64,000 bases of DNA. It comes from the human T2T-CHM13v2.0 reference genome, Homo sapiens. Below the pieces are notes generated by a model, which was given only the letters and a program-made list of their open reading frames with translations, was not told the DNA's origin and made no database searches. The position numbers and the translations under genes are program-made. Location: assembly GCF_009914755.1 (NCBI RefSeq), contig NC_060928.1, one strand, 5' to 3'. This document shows, piece after piece, positions 55,790 to 64,000 of the stretch. Position 1 is the stretch's first letter. Each line of letters begins with the position of its first letter.

Positions 55790-57950
55790 ATGTATTCAAC
55801 AATGTTTACCAGCTACATCCACTTTGTACAAGTGAGTGAACTGTGCAATAGGAAGACAAAGGCAAGTGAAATACAACTGACTGCTGCCCTTCAGGAGTTG
55901 ACATCCTAATGAGCACAGGTAAACAGGGCATTCCAAGAGTGTGCAAAGCGCTATGACTGAGGATAAGTGCTAATTATGAGGGCACATTGTCAGACAAAGG
56001 CTTGGGGTGTCAGAGAAGTTTTTCAAGGGGAACTTCAAAATTGAAACCTAAAGAATGAGAAGAATTGAACAAAGGACAAAAGAGAAGAATGTTCTAATAA
56101 GAGCACGTATTTTCAAAAGCCCAGAGACAAGAGATACATTCCAGAAATTACAAGAGCCTATATTGGTGAGGGCTGTGGGAAGAGTGGGGTTGGAATATGT
56201 GATGGAGGAGGAAGAAGATATGGATGGTGCTTAAGTTTTCAAGCTGGTAGCAGGGGATAGGTTGTAAAAGATCTCATAAGCCGTATCAAATATTTTGAAT
56301 TTTACCCTGAGGGTAATGGGAGCCTTTGGAGGTTTTTATGCAGGGAAGCCATGAAAATGATTTGTGTTTTAGAAGACTAACACTGACCCCAGACTAAAAA
56401 ATAGATTTCAGGAAAACTGGATTATGGTAGCCATATAATTTAATATTACATATGGTTCCTATAACCCATATGAAGGTAGTGAAAGCAGTGGTGTCACAGG
56501 CCAAAGGGGGAACTGTTTGGTAAGAAGGGAGAAAATTGACCATGTTAAATATGGATGTTAACAAATCCATATAGAAGATTGAAGATGCAATCAGCAAAAC
56601 AGTTCTTAAGGGACACAAGAAGGGATGTCATCCAGAATGCAGATTGAGGGAGTATCTTTGAGAGAAAGACACATCATCCATTGAAACAGGAGGAAAAAGC
56701 AAATGGTAGATTTGGATATAGGTAAAGTTTTCAATATGGTGGCAGGAATTGAGGAAGTGATCTTCTTGTTTCTGTTTTCTTTAATATCTGCTGGCAAGAT
56801 TTGTTGTTAAGAGTAACAGGGGAGGAGGTAGGGTCAGGAGTTTGAGAAGGGTGGGGATTCTGAAATAGCCACATTGGAAAATAGCACAGAGAGATGACTA
56901 AGTAACCATGCAAGTGTCTCTGGGTAATGTTGAGTATTTTGTTGAGATTAAAGCCATACACTTCTAGTGGAATGAATCTGGAAAACTATGTTAATGGCTT
57001 CAGCAGAGCCCAGGTAGAGGTAAGAGTAGAAATTTGGAAGGACTTAGTTTAACGTATTGCCAGGTGAGTATGGAGGAAGAATGAAAATGCAAAAGATTCT
57101 GTGGATACTGACAGAAAGATGGCTCAAGGGATAAATCATGGAAGCAGAGTTGGAAAGGAATGAAATTGGCATGAAGGAAGACTGGTAGATACAGCAAAAA
57201 GGGCTAGAAATTAAATATATTTATGAAGTAAAAGGTCAAGAATATTGAGAGTCATTACATATGAGAGACTGAAGGAAAGGAGGATGATGTAAAACAGTGG
57301 CATAAATGAATTGAAATATTCTGAGGTGGAGAGAAAATCCAGGAGCTAGCAAGATCCAGGTTACGGACATGAGAATGAACAGTTCAAGGGGCATGGAGGA
57401 GAAGGCCATTGAAGTTGGGATTATGAAGGAACTGAGAGCCAGGGTGTCAGTGCATCATCTACACAGACATGCAGGAGAATGCCAGAACTCAAAGTGAAAG
57501 AAAGACACAAGTAGCTACTAAAGTCTTGAGCAGACAAAGGAATACATTGGTGGGAAAGGGCAATGAAGAAGGATAAAAGATGATACAGTCAGATGGCCTG
57601 AGCACCAAAACAGTGTTTTTTTTATCAGGATGGATGAGCAGTGGTTTGAAAGAAGCCAAGGAGGAGGCTGCTGAGCCCACTTCCTACCCTGAGGAAAGTG
57701 ATGTGTGGACAGATAACCTGACCTGACTTGAGAGGGCTTCAGGAGAAGTGATTTCCTCAGATGCAGACAAGTAATGGATGGAACCAACAGAGATGGGTTG
57801 AGGATGTAATGTTGTTGGTTAACTATAGAAAAGGGTACCACAAATCTCAGATGAGAGCCTGGGATGGTGGGAAATGGTCTGAGGTTGACTCAAGGGAAAG
57901 AGAATACCTGAGGAGAGAAAGAACTGGAGGGCCATTTGTCCTAAGTGTCA
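55790..57950 (-). mobile_element. Long degraded L2
   Basis: Reverse L2 motifs 'ctgcccttcaggagttgacatcc' and 'ttttaccctgagggtaatgggagcctttggaggtttt', with purine-rich + strand throughout. Distal boundary uncertain. Confidence 0.6.
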
Positions 57951-58456
57951 ATCAAGGAAGTCAGAGATGTGAGGCATGGTGGGTTCAGCTGTCCTCAGGG
58001 TTTCCAAAGAATTAATAATAGGTTTCTCCTTGGAGCTGCAGACAGTTAGGTTGTTTGAATTAGTTACAGGTGGGATTCATTTTTGATCACTAGGGAACCT
58101 CGTCAAGGTGAGTAGGCTAGCCAAAGGATTATTTGATTCTTAAGCCTCACCTGTTAGGAAGGGCAAGCATCACTGAGGGCTGCAGCAATAGGTCAAGGGC
58201 TAGACTTTAGACCTAGTACTCACCTCCAGAGGATGAAGAAGCTCTCTACTCTTTATGGTCTGAGCTTCTAGATTCCAGACAAGCTGGGTCTTGGAGAGAG
58301 GCCCCTCAGCTCCCTTTGGAGAGGGTATTAGTGGGAATGATAGGTTCCAGAAATAATGCCAGAGCTCAGGCGCAGCTGCAGCCTCTGGAGGCTGTGTGTG
58401 TGGGGGTGGGAGAGGCAGGGGGGTTGGTCTGGCCCCTCTCCAATTTTTAAAAATTA

Positions 58457-58770
<314 letters not shown>

Positions 58771-58776
58771 TAAAAA

Positions 58777-58928
58777 TTGAGACAGGATCTTGCTTTGTTA
58801 TGCAGGCTGGAGTGCAGTGGCTATTCACAGGAACGATCATAGTGCACTGCAGCCTCTAACTCCTAGATGCAGGCGATCCTCCAGCCTCAGCCTCCTGAGT
58901 AGCTGGAACAAAAGGCAAGGCATGTGCC
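58777..58928 (-). mobile_element. FAM (fossil Alu monomer)
   Basis: Retains the 7SL-derived 'gtggctattcacagg' segment absent from dimeric Alus. Confidence 0.85.
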
Positions 58929-59119
58929 TATAGTTTTTAATAACCACAAACATACAAAACAGCTGGATATTCAATACATAGAACATTTTCTATTTACTTT
59001 TTGGGCAAATGAACTAAAAGTTGCCTAACTGATGTCCTGCTATGCTTGGATTTCTTAGTGTGTATTTCTGATAAACAAGAACTTTTTTTATGTAACCACA
59101 ATACATCTATTAAGTTAGG

Positions 59120-59516
59120 TGATTTAGTTTGGATATTTGTCCCCCTCCAAATCTCAAATTGAAATTTTATCCCCAGAGTTGGAGGTGGGCCCTGGTGGGA
59201 GGTGTTTTGGTCCTGGGAGTGAATCCCTCATGAACGGGCTTGGTACCGTTCTCATGGGAGTGAGTGAGTCTTCACTTAGTTGCCATGAGAACTGCTTGTT
59301 GAAAAGAGCTTGGGACCGCCTCCTCTCGCCATGTGATCTGCACATGCCAACTCTCCTTTTCCCTTCCACCATGAGTGAAAGCTTCTTGAGGCCCTCACAA
59401 GAAGATTCAGGTACCACGCTGCTTGTACAGTGTGCAAGACCATGAGCCAAATAAACCTCTTTTATTTACCCAGCCTCAGGATTTCATTTATAGAAACACG
59501 AAAATGGACTCAGATA
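59120..59516 (+). mobile_element. MSTB-like MaLR solo LTR
   Basis: 'tgatttagtttggatatttgtcccc...ccatgagccaaataaacctc'; perfect TSD TTAGG (59115-59119 / 59517-59521). Confidence 0.92.
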
Positions 59517-60439
59517 TTAGGAAATTAACCATGATATCTCACAGTGATAGCATCACCTAATTCTCAAACGCCATCTACGTTTTGTACATTTCCCCAATTA
59601 TACACTTTAGAGCAAAAAGATCCAGTCCAGAATCATGCATTTGGTTGTCATGTCCCTTAGTTGTCTAGTCCCTTCAACCTAGAACAGATTTGCAGTCTTT
59701 CCTTGACTTTCCTGACCTTGACACTGGAAACTCTGCAGACAAGTTACTTTGTAGCATGTCCCTCCGTTTGGCTTTGTTCAGTATTTATTTTTGATTAGAT
59801 TCAGACTATGCCTTTTTGGCAAGAATATTTCAGAGGTGACAACATGTTCTCACTGAATTCTACCAGATTACAAGTCATTTTTATTAGTCCCATTACTGAT
59901 GATGTTTACTTTGATTTCTTGATGGAAGTGATATCTGCAAAGCTTCTCCATTGCAAAATTCTTCCTTTCTCCTTAGGAATTAACAATTATTTTGGGGGAA
60001 ATATTTTGAAACTATATAAATATCCTGCTTCTCTCCAAATTTTCTATTTATTCATAAATTTATTTATACCTAAATGAATTTCCTATTTCATTTAGTGGGT
60101 TATAACCCATTACTATCATTAATTTTATGCTCAAATTGTCCCAAGTTTGGCTACAAGAAGCCGATTTAAACTCATTTCTACTTCCTTTTGACATGTTCGC
60201 AATATCCTTTTAGCACATCCTTACTTTCTGGCACAAGATGTCCTGTTTCGTATTTTTCCTGTCCCATCCTTGAAATTAGCTATTTTCTCAAGGAGCCCTG
60301 GCTCTTTTGCATGGAAAATGGTATTTAAAAGCCAAGATGTGAGTGTTAGGTGTGTTCATTGCTACTGGAGTGTCACTGCTCCTACCTCTCTCAGTGGAGA
60401 AAGCTAGGAAATATATGTATGTAATACACATACAGATAA

Positions 60440-60953
<514 letters not shown>

Positions 60954-63900
60954 CCTCAATTATTTTTTATGTATTTACTTAATTGATCCATCCCACTGTA
61001 TGTAATCTGCCATCAGTCCTCCCCTGCAAGGCTGCCTCCTCTTCTCTGCACAGCTATGATTCCACAATCTGAGCTGCCCTTGCTTCCACGTAGACAGTTC
61101 CTCTCCTGCTCAGACTCTGACAGCTCACATCACATCTCTGTGAGGCATTGCACCTGACCCTGCTTGGGTTATCTCCCACCAGGCCACCCCCAACAAGGAC
61201 ATTCTTCTCTCCCTGCTCGAGCTCTGACATCCCACCCCAGGCCACCTTCCTTGGAGTTTCTTTTCCTGTCCTTCTCCAGCTTCCCCTCCACGTGGACTCA
61301 CTCCTCACCCTGCTCAGGGTTGATACTCTATGCCAACTTCCCTCTGCCCCTCTGCATGGACGTCTTCCTAACTCTGATCAGGCTCAATCTCCTCACCAGT
61401 CCACCCCTGCAGGGATGCCTTTCCCAGCCTGCATGGATTCTGACACTGGACACCCTGCTGTGGACCATCTTCAACCTGCTTAGGCTCTGGACCACTGCAG
61501 TCCATCTCCGACACACACATACCTCGGATGCTTGCCTTGCTCTGCCCCACTTCACGATTTAGGACCGAATTTTTCAGGAAGGAAAGAGAAGAGCTCTGAA
61601 AGACTTTTAACAGAAAATAAAGGGCTTCTAGGATGTCTACAGACTTGTAGTTTGTCATTTTCTAATCTTAATGTTTATAACTAATATTTTAGTATGAATT
61701 ATTAATTTATCTGAGGTGAATAAAATTCACTGAGTTCATTGGTATCTCATAAGATGTAAAACTAGTTCTTCTGATATTCTGGAGAAATGTTTATTTTATC
61801 TGATATCTGTCTTCTATGAGCAGATGGAGTGAGCCATTCATATTTTTTTTTCATTTTGAAGAAGACCGAGGTCTGGAAAAGCTTCAAAAATTGCGGGTCT
61901 ATAGCAATTGATTAATAATTAATAGTAAGCCATGTGACATTCTAGCATGTCACTTAGTAATCACCATAGTTTTAAGGAAAGCTTACTGCTTAGTGAATGT
62001 CTTTTTCTGTTTTTCACTTCTCTAAAATCTTTTAATGCACCTTATTGGGTTTTGGTGTAAATTATGAATAAGAAAGACATTTTTCTCAGTTTTTATGAGG
62101 TTAAAAAATTGATTTATAAAATGTTAACTTTAAGAATTCATTCTTTTCATTTGGTTCACTGTGTCAAGTTTGTTTGGAAATGCGACCTGTGTGTGCCTGT
62201 GTGTCATCACTTTGCATGCAAGTTTTCTCCGGCCTCATTTCAATACATGTTGTGTTAAACTACTTACTAGTGTTTTTACATTTGTAGTTTTACATTTGAT
62301 CCTATATTTATTCTGATTATCTAAAACATTTCAAAAAATAAAAATAAAAACATTCAATATTTAGTCACACAAACAGATACACTATCGATTTCTTTATTTT
62401 ACCTTTCCTTTACGGTGTCATGAATGTATTTAAGTAATAATCAGTTGCAAAGTGAAGCTGTCGATTTGATTGTTTATTTTCCTAGAGCTCAAAAAAACAA
62501 TGGCTCAGGCTTTACTAAATTTATTTTTTCCATTGAAGGTATTTTTTCTTCTTTTGTAAAATCTATGTGTTATCATTTCTTAAAACTAGCAAATCTCTAG
62601 CCCTATTTCTGCATGGAGCTCCATTTAAAGTAAGCTATTTTGAAATCCAATAGTGACCAAAGTAGAATGTCATTTTCCTCTTGGAGTAGGGACAAGGTAT
62701 TTTCTCTTCCCAAATACGAATAGAAAGAAATTCATTATTTTTCTCTGATACTAACGTTATACATTTTACAGGCTTTCTTGTTTTTCAAGGATGTGGAAAC
62801 TGCAGTAATTCTAGCAGCATATTTTCCTTCAATTTATTTTTTGGAAATCTGTTATTTAAAAAAATATATGAGCCTATATCAAACTCAAAAATTTTGTAAA
62901 ATAATTGCAGTACAGGTTTCAATAATAGCTACAATACCCTAGATGTTTTATAATTTACTAGTTTTGTTATTAATGATTTCACCTTCTACTAGTCTAATTG
63001 ATTCTGTTAAAGATGATGGCTACATGTATCCATCAGCTTTCAATCTTGTTAGAAATTTTTTGATACTTTTTCCTATCTTATCTTTTTTGTCTTATCTACA
63101 AACATACTTTTCATCTATTAATAGATATATGGGATTCAGGAGTAAAATTATCTTTTCTGCTTGCATTACAAAATGAAAACGAATGTGCACTCCTCCCTGA
63201 ATGTAGTTTATGATTTAATAATGCCACAGCTTCTGGTCTTGTTGGTATTCTTACCTCTGCAAGCATATTTTGAGGCCACCCAATCTCATACATACCTCAG
63301 GTCACGTGGGTATCAGGAATAAATGGCAAATCTCGTAAGTGGTCTGCCTCTATGCACCACATCGAGTACAAGGAGAAATGCAAAATACACCTTTTTGCCA
63401 GTTTTTCATTCCACTGAAGCATTTCCTTTGGCTAACTCATGACAATTTGCATTTTCACTTAGAATACTTTAATACTTTTGCCAATCTAATCACTGAATAT
63501 ATATTCATTTTTAATTAATTGACCAGAAATTCTGTCTTTCATTTACAATATAAAATGTATAGACACATTCATACCCTCAACTACAATTCAATTATGTGTA
63601 TAATTTTTATAATAATAGGCTTATGTAGCCTGTGATAGTCTATGAAAAATATCATTTAAAACAAATGTTATCCTATATTTAAGTATGGGAAATGTTTTGT
63701 AATATTTGATATAAAGCAGATGAAATATAGTATTATCATCAAAATCATATCTATTATACATTCTCCCACTTTTTCTGAAACTTAATTCACTAAACTCAAA
63801 TGAATAAATTCCTCATAGGAAAAAAATATCTCTCATCTGCAATTGAATTATTGATTAGGTCTGGACTTGTAGTTTGGCATCATGGATTAGACATCCCTCT

Positions 63901-64000
63901 GGTTTTAAGGAATGTTAAATGTTACTATAAGTTGCTTAAGGTTTTTAAAGGAGGCACACTCTCTAGGAGTTGGAACTAATTTTTAACATTTGCATAAGGC

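Noticed and set aside
60980-61560. C-rich degenerate subrepeats with overlapping 75-132 aa ORFs
   Set aside because: Consistent with the internal repeats of an old L1MC 3' region, not coding.

Overview
This is repeat-rich, AT-rich mammalian DNA, almost certainly human, because it carries an Alu with all five AluYa5 diagnostic bases. No protein-coding gene, RNA gene, CRISPR array or operon-like system is supported. The supplied ORFs I could trace come from L1/Alu/LTR remnants or a purine-pyrimidine tandem array; the rest resemble no protein I recognise. Roughly half the window is transposable-element derived: about 16 Alus/monomers, several L1s (one TSD-flanked L1PA with a ~2 kb internal ORF2 deletion), a full-length Tigger1 carrying three later insertions, a Tc2/Kanga-like transposase relic, a MADE1, THE1/MST/MER31-like LTRs, L2 and MIR. 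I found no convincing new biological system. The best leads are an Alu-L1-unique tag-(CA)n composite bounded by one TSD, two independent Alu-to-L1 junctions at the same L1 position, an Alu inside a MADE1 inside a MIR, a polarised hairpin minisatellite, three co-oriented CTCF-like motifs, a small hairpin cluster, and a few candidate non-coding exons. Subfamily names come from recalled consensus sequences, not a database search, and old-repeat boundaries are approximate.
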